A DNA stretch of 64,000 bases from Candidatus Bathyarchaeia archaeon. Lineage in GTDB: Archaea > Thermoproteota > Bathyarchaeia > Bathyarchaeales > Bathycorpusculaceae. The notes below the pieces were generated by a model, which had not been told where the DNA came from, ran no database searches, and saw only the letters and a list, made by a program, of their open reading frames with translations. Positions 48,354 to 58,666 of this stretch are shown piece by piece. Position numbers and translations under genes: made by a program. The stretch's first letter is position 1; each line of letters begins with the position of its first letter. The DNA is taken from assembly GCA_050013315.1 (NCBI GenBank), contig JBEKFM010000009.1:148-64147 (forward strand). Reading direction: 5' to 3'.

Positions 48354-51300
48354 ATGAATTACCTAAAATTTATCTCAAGCTATATGAGGTATCATTTACG
48401 AACAATTATCGCTTTATTAATAATTAGCATTCTTGGTCTTATTTCGATATCATGGTTTAAAGGCAATTTTCTTATCACAGATACAGACTTTTCTATGCCA
48501 ACAGCTAGAATCAAAAGTTTTGAGTCAAATTTTTATTTATGGGATTTAAGATCGCTAGGTGCTTCTGATCCACGGGTTGTTGCGTTAACCGTTCCGCTAT
48601 GGGCTCTTTTCGCTTTTTCTGAAACATTGGGTCTTTCACTTGTTATTACGGAAAGCATTCTTTTTTATGCTGTTTTCACTATCAGCGGCTTATCAATGTA
48701 CTACCTAACTAATAGTCTACTAGGAAACAAAACACCCAAATTTAGAACAGTTGCATCTTTTATTGCAGCTATATTCTACATGTTCAATCCATATTTAGCG
48801 ATCAACATCCTTCCGCTAAGGCAAGTAAGCTATATTATCTATGCATTCTTACCTTTGATCTTTGCCTTGTTTGTAAAGGGATTAAGCAATAAAGGAACGC
48901 TAAGACCGGCCATATTTCTGAATTTTTCGCTTTTGGTGATAACCATGGTGTTCGTTGATCCATCCTTTGTTCCTTTGGTAATGTTTCCATTAATTTTATT
49001 TTTCATTTTTTACCTTATTATTGAACATAATAAGTCATCGACTGTTTCAGCGGTTAAGTTTCTGCTAGCTTCCTTGCTAATAGGGCTGTTATTGAATTTT
49101 TATTGGATTATTCCAGATCTAAATTCTGTTACAAGTGAGCTTGCAAATGTAGCAAATGCTTACGGAAGTTTAGGTTATTCATTTCAGTCTGTCGTCAATT
49201 TGAATAGTGCGCCGTTATCTGGGGCTTTTCGATTGTTAGGCTATTGGGCTTTGAATTCTGGCTATAAAGGGGTTCCTTATATTACTTGGTCTGCTGTTTA
49301 TAGCAATACGCTCTTTATCTTTATAGGCTTCTTGTTGCCTATTTTGGCGTTTACCCCATTGCTATTAAAACGTAAAGACAAGCATGTTATTTTTTTCGCT
49401 GTTCTAGCACTAGTAAGTCTTTTGTTGATTAACGCTAGCTATTCTCCTATAGGGAGCTGGATTTATTCAAACGTTCCTCTTTTCGCTGCGCTTTTTAACA
49501 CGCCTTATTTAAGGTTCGGAATGTTCCTCGCTTTTGCTTACGCATTTCTTTTAGGGTATGTCGTTGCAGAGCTTTGGAGTTTTATTCCATTATACTTTAA
49601 AAAGAGTCGGAATCCTCTTAGAAGAATGAGCCAATTTCTGTTAATCTTCTCTGTGGTTCTTATTATAGGTGTTTATTCCTTTCCAATCTGGACTGGGAAT
49701 GTTATATATCCAGGCAATGCAGTTCTCGCTTCAAACCGCTACGCCATTCCAGAATATTACTACAGTGCCGCAAACTGGCTCAACAATGACCAAACTAATT
49801 TTAGGCTGTTGCAGCTTCCATATTCAATAGCTGGTTATGGTTCCTACAACTGGCCGCCAAATGGTTATAGTGGACCAGATCTTACCGAGTCCTTACTTGG
49901 CAAATCACTTGTAAGCGGCATAGCAGGTGGCGGCATGGGTGCCCAAATTGCTATTGACATATTGAATGGTTCAAGCTACAATGCAGGAAAAGCGCTGGCT
50001 TTAATGAATGTCAAATACCTTGTAGTTCATAGAGATGCTAATTGGGAATATATAGTCAATAACAGAGGGTTTGTTCCAGCTACGCCAGAACAAATTGAGT
50101 CTGCGCTGAATAATCAAGCAGACTTTACACTTGTGAAAAGTTTTGGTCAACTTGATTTCTACTTAAACAACTTTTGGCAGCCCATGGGGGTGTATGCTGC
50201 CTCTTCGAGTATTTTGTCAGGTGGAGATCAATCTTCGCTAATTCAAGATGCGCAAAGAGCAGATTTTAACTTGAATAATTCTATTGTTTTGCTTTCTAGT
50301 CAACTTGATGGTTATCAGGTATCTAATCTTCCGATTGATACAGTGTTTGTTCAGACGCCTGATTTAAACATGACTTATAAACCGGTTTCAGCTGTTGTGC
50401 CTGGACAAAGGCTTGTCTATGCGCTAAACTCTGAGGCTGTTGCTGAAGCTCGATACTACTCCGGTTGGAAAGGTATCATAAGCACCACTGGAAAAGGAGA
50501 TGGAAACATGATAGTTTATCCATCTCCTATAATGTGTCCTTACCTGAATTATTTCCCCAACAGTCTTGAAAATTGGAGTTCATACGATTCTACGCTAGTC
50601 TACGTTGCATCGTCAACATCGTTGACAATCAACGACGTAACTGCTAATGGCACGCCTGTTATTGCTCAAGCTTGGTGGCAGACAGGCACATCATGGGTGT
50701 CAGGTTGGCCTGTGACTATTCCAGCACGTCAAGATGCAATAATCCAAGTAGCCGGGAAAGCAAGCACTATAGGCCTTCAAACAAATAATGGCTCGATGAC
50801 GATTCCGGTTGCTGATGGCTGGAAAAATCCTTTAACCATTCTGGATCCAGCCGTTACCAGGATATCTACGCCTGCTCCTGAAGACTATTTGGTGGCGATT
50901 AATCCTAGCGTATTTGGGGATGGAAATGTATCAGTCAAAATTGATAACCAATCTTTCGCTGTCGACCTTAATATGGAGCAAGGATCAGTTTCTGACTATA
51001 AATATGTTGGACCAGTATACTTGGCTGCCGGTTTACACAGCGTATCAGCATCTGACAGTAATGGCACTATTTTGCAGCTAAATGGCATGTTAATTTATTC
51101 CTTGAACGATAATGAATCATTCGTAAGTGCTGATAGTTTGCTTTTAAATAATCAACAGAATAACGCTTCAATTTCATATCAGGAATTTAACCCCACCCTT
51201 TATGCAGTCCATGTCAATTGTTCTAACCCAATCTTTCTCGTTTTCACCGAAAGTTATGACAACGGTTGGGTCGCAACTATTAATGGCCAACAAATTTCCT

Positions 51301-51515
51301 CGGAATTTCATTTTACTGCTAATGGTTACGCTAACTGCTGGTATGTTAACGAGACAGGTGATTACACGATAACCTTAGAGTTTACTCCTCAAAACTTATT
51401 CTATGCTGGGGGCGTCATATCAATAACAACGCTAATATTATGTACTGTTTACCTAGGCAAGAACAAAATAAAAACTATCTACCAAAAACACGTTGAGAAA
51501 AAAGTCAGCAACTAA
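48354..51515 (+). CDS. Large GT-C-like membrane protein (AftD/DUF3367-like N-terminus, YfhO-like C-terminus)
   Basis: ~12 TMs, FYMFNPY, ESYDNGW.A...ANGYANCW, terminal TM. Confidence 0.75.
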   Translation: MNYLKFISSYMRYHLRTIIALLIISILGLISISWFKGNFLITDTDFSMPTARIKSFESNFYLWDLRSLGASDPRVVALTVPLWALFAFSETLGLSLVITESILFYAVFTISGLSMYYLTNSLLGNKTPKFRTVASFIAAIFYMFNPYLAINILPLRQVSYIIYAFLPLIFALFVKGLSNKGTLRPAIFLNFSLLVITMVFVDPSFVPLVMFPLILFFIFYLIIEHNKSSTVSAVKFLLASLLIGLLLNFYWIIPDLNSVTSELANVANAYGSLGYSFQSVVNLNSAPLSGAFRLLGYWALNSGYKGVPYITWSAVYSNTLFIFIGFLLPILAFTPLLLKRKDKHVIFFAVLALVSLLLINASYSPIGSWIYSNVPLFAALFNTPYLRFGMFLAFAYAFLLGYVVAELWSFIPLYFKKSRNPLRRMSQFLLIFSVVLIIGVYSFPIWTGNVIYPGNAVLASNRYAIPEYYYSAANWLNNDQTNFRLLQLPYSIAGYGSYNWPPNGYSGPDLTESLLGKSLVSGIAGGGMGAQIAIDILNGSSYNAGKALALMNVKYLVVHRDANWEYIVNNRGFVPATPEQIESALNNQADFTLVKSFGQLDFYLNNFWQPMGVYAASSSILSGGDQSSLIQDAQRADFNLNNSIVLLSSQLDGYQVSNLPIDTVFVQTPDLNMTYKPVSAVVPGQRLVYALNSEAVAEARYYSGWKGIISTTGKGDGNMIVYPSPIMCPYLNYFPNSLENWSSYDSTLVYVASSTSLTINDVTANGTPVIAQAWWQTGTSWVSGWPVTIPARQDAIIQVAGKASTIGLQTNNGSMTIPVADGWKNPLTILDPAVTRISTPAPEDYLVAINPSVFGDGNVSVKIDNQSFAVDLNMEQGSVSDYKYVGPVYLAAGLHSVSASDSNGTILQLNGMLIYSLNDNESFVSADSLLLNNQQNNASISYQEFNPTLYAVHVNCSNPIFLVFTESYDNGWVATINGQQISSEFHFTANGYANCWYVNETGDYTITLEFTPQNLFYAGGVISITTLILCTVYLGKNKIKTIYQKHVEKKVSN

Positions 51516-51531
51516 ATCATTTGGTTGTTTA

Positions 51532-52551
51532 TTAATGCGAACAATTACTTTGCGAAAACCACGCTACCATTCTCCTTAGCCCTTCATCAAAGCATACGTT
51601 CGGTTTCCATCCAACAAGCTTCTCCAATTTACTCGTATCTGGGCATCGCCTTTTTGGGTCATCTTTAGGCAGAGCATAAAACTCTATGGTTGATTCGCAT
51701 TTTGCTGTTTCTTTGACTTTCTTGGCCAATTCAATTATGGCAACTTCTTGAATATTGCCAACGTTTACAACTTCTCCCTTTGCCTTCGAGCTAATCATTA
51801 ACAACATTAACCCTGTTACCGTATCCGTTATATAACAGAAGGATCGAGTCTGTTTTCCTTCGCCATAGACTGTGATGGGCTGATTAGTCAACGCCTGCAA
51901 AATAAACCGTGACATAGCCCTGCCATACAAGCCGTCCTCTCTCAATCGCGGACCATAGGAGTTAAAGATTCTTGGAACTCTGACATCCAACCCATAATAC
52001 TTACTATAAGCCATCATCAAAGCTTCAGCAAAACGCTTTCCTTCATCGTAACACGATCTAGGTCCTATAGGGTTAACTTTTCCCCAGTAAGTCTCAGGTG
52101 TAGGGATAACCTCTGCGTCACCATAAACCTCCGAAGTCGAAGCAAATAACAAAGTGGCATCATTTTTCCTGGCTAACTCCGCCATACCAAAGCTGCCTAA
52201 AGCACTAGTTTGCAAGGTTTGAATTGGATGCGCTTGATACTCGTCAGGAGACGCATGTCCGGCCATATGAAAAATAAAATCAAACTTTATCTTGCTCTTA
52301 AACGCACAAACGTCAGACTTTACAAACTTAAACAATGGGTTTTTGGTTAAGTGGTCGATGTTTTTGTTTCTCCCAGTTGATAAGTCATCTACAGCTGTCA
52401 CGTCGGCGCCAAAACCTACCAGCACATCGCAAATCCAACTACCAATGAATCCTGCTCCTCCCGTAACCAATACATTCTTTTCCCCAAAAGTGTCACCCTT
52501 AACGGCGCTCTTTATCTTTTCAAGGTCTTCGCTAATTATGTTGTCCATCAT
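51532..52551 (-). CDS. uxs: UDP-glucuronate decarboxylase (UDP-xylose synthase) family
   Basis: TGGAGFIGS, ASTSEVYGD, PIGPRSCYDEGKR, DDPKRRCPD. Confidence 0.9.
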   Translation of the reverse strand: MMDNIISEDLEKIKSAVKGDTFGEKNVLVTGGAGFIGSWICDVLVGFGADVTAVDDLSTGRNKNIDHLTKNPLFKFVKSDVCAFKSKIKFDFIFHMAGHASPDEYQAHPIQTLQTSALGSFGMAELARKNDATLLFASTSEVYGDAEVIPTPETYWGKVNPIGPRSCYDEGKRFAEALMMAYSKYYGLDVRVPRIFNSYGPRLREDGLYGRAMSRFILQALTNQPITVYGEGKQTRSFCYITDTVTGLMLLMISSKAKGEVVNVGNIQEVAIIELAKKVKETAKCESTIEFYALPKDDPKRRCPDTSKLEKLVGWKPNVCFDEGLRRMVAWFSQSNCSH

Positions 52552-53426
52552 AGGCTCGGCTTCTTACAAAATTGTTGATATGACAATTCTAAGGCTTCCC
52601 AGTATCTTTCAGGGCTACCAATGTCCAAGTGCGCATAACTCTTATCCAGCTTCACAGCATAAACCTTTAAGCCCCAGTCAACAAGCTTCTGAATCGCATC
52701 AGTTAACTGAATTTCTCCGTTCTTTCCGGGCTTTGTTGCCTCCAAAGCTTTGAAAATAACGGGGTGAAAAACATACATAGCCATAATTGCCCAGTGGGTC
52801 TTAGGTTTTTCAGGTTTTTCAACTGCCGATTTTACCCTTATTATTCCCGGTTCAACTTCCTCCCCTTCAACTATTCCGTACTGCTTGGGATTATCAATCT
52901 CCAAAACAAGAAATGCAGCATCTGCATCAAACCGCTCAAAAGCTTCAAGTAGCCTCTTTATGTAATCCATATCTTTTGATATTATGCAGCTATCTCCGGC
53001 ATGAACTAGACAACTTTCGTTCTGCACAAAGGGTTGAGCAAGCAAAACCGCGCTTCCAAACCCTTTGGGTTCAGGCTGATTAACCCACATAGCCGTCGAA
53101 GTTTCAAGCTTCCCGTAAAAATCTTCCAAGTCTGAAGCTTGACCGTTCTTTCCCATGCCCTCAAGTGTTTCAATGCAGTGTGTATCAGGAGTAAAATGAT
53201 CTTCTATGCCCCGTTTCCCTCTACCCACAACATAACAGAACTCTCGGAGACCAGCATCGTAGAGTTGCTCAAAAACTATCTGAACCACGGGCTTCACAGA
53301 CATGTCACCCTGGACTGTTTTAGAGAAAATCGGAAGCATCTCCTTAGGCTGCTCCTTGGTTGCTGGAAATAAACGTGTACCCAAACCTGCAGCAGGAATT
53401 ATAACCTTACGAATCATCAAACGCAC
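52548..53426 (-). CDS. galU: UTP-glucose-1-phosphate uridylyltransferase
   Basis: PAAGLGTRLFPATK..PKEMLP, VEKP, EIQLTDAI. Confidence 0.88.
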   Translation of the reverse strand: MRLMIRKVIIPAAGLGTRLFPATKEQPKEMLPIFSKTVQGDMSVKPVVQIVFEQLYDAGLREFCYVVGRGKRGIEDHFTPDTHCIETLEGMGKNGQASDLEDFYGKLETSTAMWVNQPEPKGFGSAVLLAQPFVQNESCLVHAGDSCIISKDMDYIKRLLEAFERFDADAAFLVLEIDNPKQYGIVEGEEVEPGIIRVKSAVEKPEKPKTHWAIMAMYVFHPVIFKALEATKPGKNGEIQLTDAIQKLVDWGLKVYAVKLDKSYAHLDIGSPERYWEALELSYQQFCKKPSL

Positions 53427-53508
53427 ACTTGCCTTTCTGATCTATGTTTACTCATATATATTTAATACGATAAATAATCTAAATTAACCTTTAATTTAGG
53501 ATTTACCT

Positions 53509-53757
53509 TTGAAAAACAACCAAAATTCTCAGTTAGAGGTACTGGCTACGTAGGCTTATGCACTCCAGTTGGCTTCGCAAGCCAAGGCTATAACGTCATC
53601 ACATCAGACGTTGATGCTGGAGAAAGCAGCAAAAATTAGCTAAGGTATCCCCCAATTCCATGAGCCTGGGCACCAAGAAAAACTCAAAGACAGCATCCAA
53701 AAAGGCACTCTGAAATGTTTAGATAACCAAACAGAAAAAGCAATCCATGAATCAGAC
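53509..53757 (+). pseudogene. Degenerate 5' fragment of ugd
   Basis: GGCTACGTAGGCTT.TGCAC...CAAACAGAAAAAGC parallels the intact gene; contains a frameshift and a stop. Confidence 0.85.
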
Positions 53758-53826
53758 CACCATAACCAATATATACTCAACGAAGATTGAAAACGAATCA
53801 TTACACTAAATTGAGGAATCAAACTC

Positions 53827-55167
53827 ATGGAAAAACCTGACATATCTGTTTTAGGCATAGGCTACGTAGGCTTGTGCACCGCCGTTGGATTTGCCAGCAA
53901 AGGCTACAACGTCATCGCTTCGACTCATGACGCCGAAAAAGCAGCCAAAATAAACAAAGGAATCCCGCCATTTCACGAACCCAACCTTCAAAATCTGCTT
54001 GAAAAAATCGTCCAAAACGGCTATCTAAAATGTTTAATTGATCAAACAGAAAAAGCCATTCTCGAAACAGACCTAACCTTTAACGCCGTGGGAACCCCCA
54101 GCAGACCAGACGGCAGCATAGACCTACAATTCATAGAAACATCTTCACGCGACATGGGAAAGGCGCTCCACAACAAAAGTACATACCATGTGGTGGTAAT
54201 AAAAAGCACCGTTGTCCCGGGAACAACGCAAGATCTGGTTAAACCAATCCTTGAAAAAGAATCAAGAAAGAAATGTGGTCAAGACTTTGGTTTATGCATG
54301 AGCCCAGAATTCCTACGTCAAGGCTCCGCCTTCGAAGACACAATTCACACCGACCGCATAGTCATAGGCGAATACGACCAGAAATCTGGTGACACCTTAG
54401 AAGACCTATACAAAGACTTCTACGCCAAAAATACGCCCCCAACAATCAGAACCACGCTCTCAACAGCCGAACTGATCAAGTATGCCAGCAACTCCTTACT
54501 CGCCACAAAAATCAGCTTCATCAACACCATCGCCAACATATGCGAAAAAATCCCCGGCGCAGACGTAAAAACCGTAGCCACCGCCATGGGACTAGACAAA
54601 AGAATCGGTCCACTATTCCTAAACGCTGGACTAGGCTACGGCGGTTCATGTTTTCCCAAAGACGTAAAAGCCCTCATGGCATACTCAAAAAACCTCGGCT
54701 ACCCACTAAAACTACTAGATGCTGTTGAAGGCGTAAACAAAACTCAACCTCTAAAAGCAATCCAATTCTGCAAAGAACAACTCGGCAACCTTTCAGGCAA
54801 ACGCATAGCAATTCTAGGCTTAGCATTCAAAGCAGACACAGACGACATGAGAGAAGCACGCGCCATTCCCATAATAAACCAACTAACAAAAGAAGGGGCT
54901 TTAGTAAGCGCCTACGACCCAGTCGCCATCCCCATCGCAAAAACCATCTTCAAAAACAAAATTCAATACGCATCCTCAGCAATCAGCTGCCTAAAGAACG
55001 CAGACTGCTGCATAATCGTAACCGAATGGAATGAATTCAAAAAACTCGCCCCTGATGACTTCATAAAAAACATGAAACAACCCATACTTATCGACGGCAG
55101 AAGAATCTACAACCCAGAAACCTTCAAAACAAAAATGCAATTTACTGCTCTGGGTCTCGGAAAATAA
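53827..55167 (+). CDS. ugd: UDP-glucose 6-dehydrogenase
   Basis: GIGYVGL, VGTP, KSTV.PGT, PEFLRQG, GYGGSCFPKD. Confidence 0.95.
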   Translation: MEKPDISVLGIGYVGLCTAVGFASKGYNVIASTHDAEKAAKINKGIPPFHEPNLQNLLEKIVQNGYLKCLIDQTEKAILETDLTFNAVGTPSRPDGSIDLQFIETSSRDMGKALHNKSTYHVVVIKSTVVPGTTQDLVKPILEKESRKKCGQDFGLCMSPEFLRQGSAFEDTIHTDRIVIGEYDQKSGDTLEDLYKDFYAKNTPPTIRTTLSTAELIKYASNSLLATKISFINTIANICEKIPGADVKTVATAMGLDKRIGPLFLNAGLGYGGSCFPKDVKALMAYSKNLGYPLKLLDAVEGVNKTQPLKAIQFCKEQLGNLSGKRIAILGLAFKADTDDMREARAIPIINQLTKEGALVSAYDPVAIPIAKTIFKNKIQYASSAISCLKNADCCIIVTEWNEFKKLAPDDFIKNMKQPILIDGRRIYNPETFKTKMQFTALGLGK

Positions 55168-55258
55168 CCTGCTAGGTCCTGCTCTCCGCTCTCTTCAACA
55201 GTTCGCCTTGGACCTTTAGAAGGTTTATGCATCCGTATTTGCCCATCTTGTCTAGAAT

Positions 55259-55403
55259 TTATCGCCGCTCCACACGTTGACAAAGCTCACGGTAACGTTC
55301 AAACTTGTTCCGGTCCATCCTGAACCGCCACCGAACTATCTTTGGAACCCCATACGAGTCGCCCTCATCAATGTAATTTTGAAATTAACCCTTAAGTTAA
55401 TGC
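55259..55403 (-). pseudogene. Remnant of a putative AbrB/MazE-like gene
   Basis: ALT..RVNFKITL...VPKIVRWRFRMD across frameshifts; paralogous start MPLTQEV at 19105. Confidence 0.45.
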
Positions 55404-55710
55404 AACCTAAACCTCACCCTTTCTAGGACTTTCTAGGACTTAACCTGCAGACGATTCAAGCCCTTAACGAGAAAGCAACTCAAACAGCTTGAACAAGAAT
55501 AACAAAAAATGTAATAATAGAAGTGTCTTGAAAGTTAATTTAAGTTCAAGTTTTCATTATTTGGTTTTGATACGTCACGTTTTTCCACACTTTTTAAGTC
55601 AACCTAAACCTCACAACCTCTACAGACTTTTCCCGACAAATTCCGACAAATCTAGACGTTACCTGCAAATGATTCAAGCTTAAATTCAATAAAGCAACCC
55701 AAAACAAACC
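55402..55710 (-). repeat. Two copies of the host dispersed repeat with 10-bp tandem arrays
   Basis: CAACCTAAACCTCAC, 10-mers (TTCTAGGACT x2; T.CCGACAAA x2), ACCTGC...GATTCAAGC, AAAGCAAC.CAAA. Confidence 0.7.
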
Positions 55711-55897
55711 CCCAAAAACCCAAAACGTTTTCGCTTTTCTGATAGTTTTCACTCTTGTGCTCGACGAAATCAAAACTACTAAACCTTAAAATTATGGTCT
55801 TCTAGGGGTTGCATAGTACGCCAATAAATCGCGGCATTCTCCAAGCAAAATAGGACAGCTTTAAAAGCTAGTAAACCTTAATAGTGAAAGCTAACCG

Positions 55898-56176
55898 GTG
55901 AATCTTTTGTCTCAAAAAATATGCGGAAGAATAACTAATTACAGAATCGGCCCAAAATCACAAACATCAAGAGAATGCCTTATCGAATTTGAAACCGTCA
56001 ATTCAGCATCTTTAGCATGCAAACTCATAGGGCAAAAAGTAGTCTGGAAAAGTGGCAGCAATAAATTTGTCGGAAAAATCATGGGCGCCCATGGCAGAAA
56101 CGGGATTGTTCGAGTAAGATTCGTACACGGAGTTCCAGGCCAAGCGATAGGTACACTGGTTGAACTAGCAAGCTAA
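55898..56176 (+). CDS. rpl35ae: 50S ribosomal protein L35Ae
   Basis: NYR.G..SQ, GKI...HG.NG.VRVRF..GVPGQA.G. Confidence 0.9.
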   Translation: MNLLSQKICGRITNYRIGPKSQTSRECLIEFETVNSASLACKLIGQKVVWKSGSNKFVGKIMGAHGRNGIVRVRFVHGVPGQAIGTLVELAS

Positions 56177-56272
56177 AATGCAACTTCAAACTGATTATTT
56201 TCTCAAAAATATGAATAAATTTCCGCTCAATACAGCAAACATGCATTTGCAGTTCAGTGATAAGCGTTATTT

Positions 56273-56443
56273 TTATAACTCGCCTAAGTCTTCGGTTTCG
56301 TATACAAACTCTTCTAACCGAACTTTTCCATCATTAACTACGACTTTATAGTCAGCCTCACAAATAGGACAGGTAACTACCTCACCATTTTTCAGCCCAT
56401 CCATTTTGAAGGTATTTCCACATTCTGAACATTTTAGAATTAT
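56273..56443 (-). CDS. LysW/ArgW-like zinc-ribbon protein with non-canonical start (ATA/ATT)
   Basis: CSECG...[11 protein letters not shown]...EDLGEL; SD GAGGT 7 nt before ATA. Confidence 0.7.
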   Translation of the reverse strand: MILKCSECGNTFKMDGLKNGEVVTCPICEADYKVVVNDGKVRLEEFVYETEDLGEL

Positions 56444-56461
56444 TTTTTCTACCTCATTCGT

Positions 56462-56773
56462 TTACATTGTAAGGTAATTATGGTCTCTAAGCCAATCAGA
56501 CTGATTTTTACGGTAACGCCAGAAAATGTCTCCTCTCGTTTCCTTTTGAAAATCCCAAGGTGAAACCAAAACGATATCTCCTTCCCTGATCCATACACGT
56601 CTTTTGAGTTTACCGCGAACTCGACATAATCGTTCTTTTCCGTCTTGGCATTTAACCATAATTCTTTCTGCCCCAAGCATCTTAACGGCCATGCCTAAAA
56701 CGTCATTCGAGGCAGGCAAGATCATACTATCGAGGTTGCCCTCATTTGTAATTTTTCTTTTACCCATTTCCAT
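56462..56773 (-). CDS. eif1a: Translation initiation factor aIF-1A
   Basis: MLGAER..VKCQDGKER.CR..GKLKRRVWIREGDIVLV.PWDFQ...GDI.WRY. Confidence 0.95.
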   Translation of the reverse strand: MEMGKRKITNEGNLDSMILPASNDVLGMAVKMLGAERIMVKCQDGKERLCRVRGKLKRRVWIREGDIVLVSPWDFQKETRGDIFWRYRKNQSDWLRDHNYLTM

Positions 56774-57130
56774 GCACCACTTTTTCCCGGCTTATGCCGA
56801 AACCTAATAATCAGAACCGTCTGGAGAAAAAGTAAAAACGTGCGAACAGCCGATCTGACTCTTCCTCTAAAGAATTCTAACCGTCACAAATGAAAGTATT
56901 TAGAGGACTATATTAGCATAGCTAAGACATAAAACATTTTTCCATGATTTATTTTAGGTTTATTAAACTTATTTTAGAAATACTTTTTATTATATCAAAA
57001 AAAACATTTCTTTGTACATGCCTTTATAAGCACGGCGGAAGCAATCATAATTGAAGAGTTTCTTTTATCCTCTTGGGCTTACCCTTCCGTATAACTGATT
57101 CTTTTCAAAAAATGATCGAGGTAAATGAAA

Positions 57131-57265
57131 ATGTGCATGTTAAGAGCAGGTTTAGTTAAAAACTGTCGTAGATGCAAATCTTCTGTACGGCTAAATTGTG
57201 TGTTAAGAAAGAAAGCAGGAAAGAAAAGCTTCACGGATAACAAGAAAAAAGGCGAAAAAGCTTAA
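57131..57265 (+). CDS. Small basic Cys-rich protein (44 aa)
   Basis: SD GAGGT; MCMLRAGLVKNCRRCKSSVRLNC. Confidence 0.4.
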   Translation: MCMLRAGLVKNCRRCKSSVRLNCVLRKKAGKKSFTDNKKKGEKA

Positions 57266-57341
57266 CCTATAAAGAATGGAAGATTTCCAAATACAAAGTT
57301 ACTGATTTCTCTTCAATGAAAGAATAAACGAGGTGAAAAAA

Positions 57342-57533
57342 ATGTCTCAACGAAACAGTTATGAAGCAAAATGCACTTCGTGCAACCAAATAGCCATCGT
57401 CCCCTTCAAGCCTACTCCAGGCAAACCAGTTTACTGCAAAACTTGCTTTTCCAAACACTTAACCAGTCAACCCCTAAAAACAAGTAATAACAATAATTTT
57501 GAGCCAAAACAGGCTTGGGCACGACGAAGATAA
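57342..57533 (+). CDS. CxxC-x17-CxxC zinc-finger protein
   Basis: CTSC...VPFKP..GKPVYCKTCF; SD GAGGTGA. Confidence 0.85.
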   Translation: MSQRNSYEAKCTSCNQIAIVPFKPTPGKPVYCKTCFSKHLTSQPLKTSNNNNFEPKQAWARRR

Positions 57534-57567
57534 TGCTCTATAAATCCTATTTAATTAGTAAATAACA

Positions 57568-57861
57568 ATGAAAGCTTGCATAAAGGTTACTGGAACGCGA
57601 AATAAACTGAAGATCATTAAAGGATGGAAGAAAATAAGCAATCAAGGCGGATATATTAACGAAAATACAGGACAAACTCTGATCGTAACAAAAAAAGAAT
57701 TCAGCGAAAACTATCATGTAATGCTATTTACTGGAGAGCAGACCAATACCGCTGAAAACAAAAAAATTTCGCCCGAGTTCTCCAAAAAACCTAAAGCTGA
57801 AGCTTTCGCCCTGAACTGGATGGAGAAACATCCAAACGGAATGATTGAATCAAAAGCTTAA
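57568..57861 (+). CDS. Hypothetical protein
   Basis: 97-aa ORF ending WMEKHPNG. Confidence 0.6.
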   Translation: MKACIKVTGTRNKLKIIKGWKKISNQGGYINENTGQTLIVTKKEFSENYHVMLFTGEQTNTAENKKISPEFSKKPKAEAFALNWMEKHPNGMIESKA

Positions 57862-58666
57862 GTCTGGTTTTGCCAGATATTAAATAGACATTGGTTCCAG
57901 CAGTAAGGCTTGCTTTGCATATGCAATTTTTGTATTCAATTCTTTCAAGCGCTTTGGTCCAGGTTTACTCAAAACTGCACCGAGCCAAAAACTGGCAGTA
58001 TACTTATTCATCTCATATTTCTCGCATGTTAACATATTCAACATTTGCCTTCATGTTATATTTGAAAAGGGGCCGGCCACTCAGCAGGTCTTTGCCCAAA
58101 GAACAGGGAAGCTTCATACTTAGAAGTGCGTCATCAACCAATAAGCAAATCATAACTAAAATGGAAAAAAATTAACCGTTAATTTGCGCCTTTAATGCTC
58201 TTTCCCTTTTCCTTAGCAGAATCTTTTTATTAAGCTTAAAATTAGGTTTTATTCTATACAAGTTTCCGTGTGTGTTTTTGTAATATCTTTTTCCTTTAGC
58301 TTTCAATTTCGTTTTTTTCATTGATGTAGTCCTTCCCGATTTTCTTCCAGAAGTATATATGCTGTTTAAGGATTTATTATGAAACATTACTATTTGAGTA
58401 TGCCTATAAACTTGTTAACAAACCTTTCATGTATTCGAGTTTATTTAATGAAATGTCAGGATCTAAAGTTAATAAATCCTTAACTTTCCTTGGCAGGTCT
58501 TAGAGCTTAATTCAGTTTGTTTGATTAGAAAAAAACAAATCCTGAATGCAATGCACATGACTATTTTCGAATAATAATCATTGCTTTATAAGCAGCGAAG
58601 CGGTCTTTAATTAAGACTTGTGAGAAGCAATTTTTTGCAAAGTCAATAGTTAGAAAGTGAGATTTG

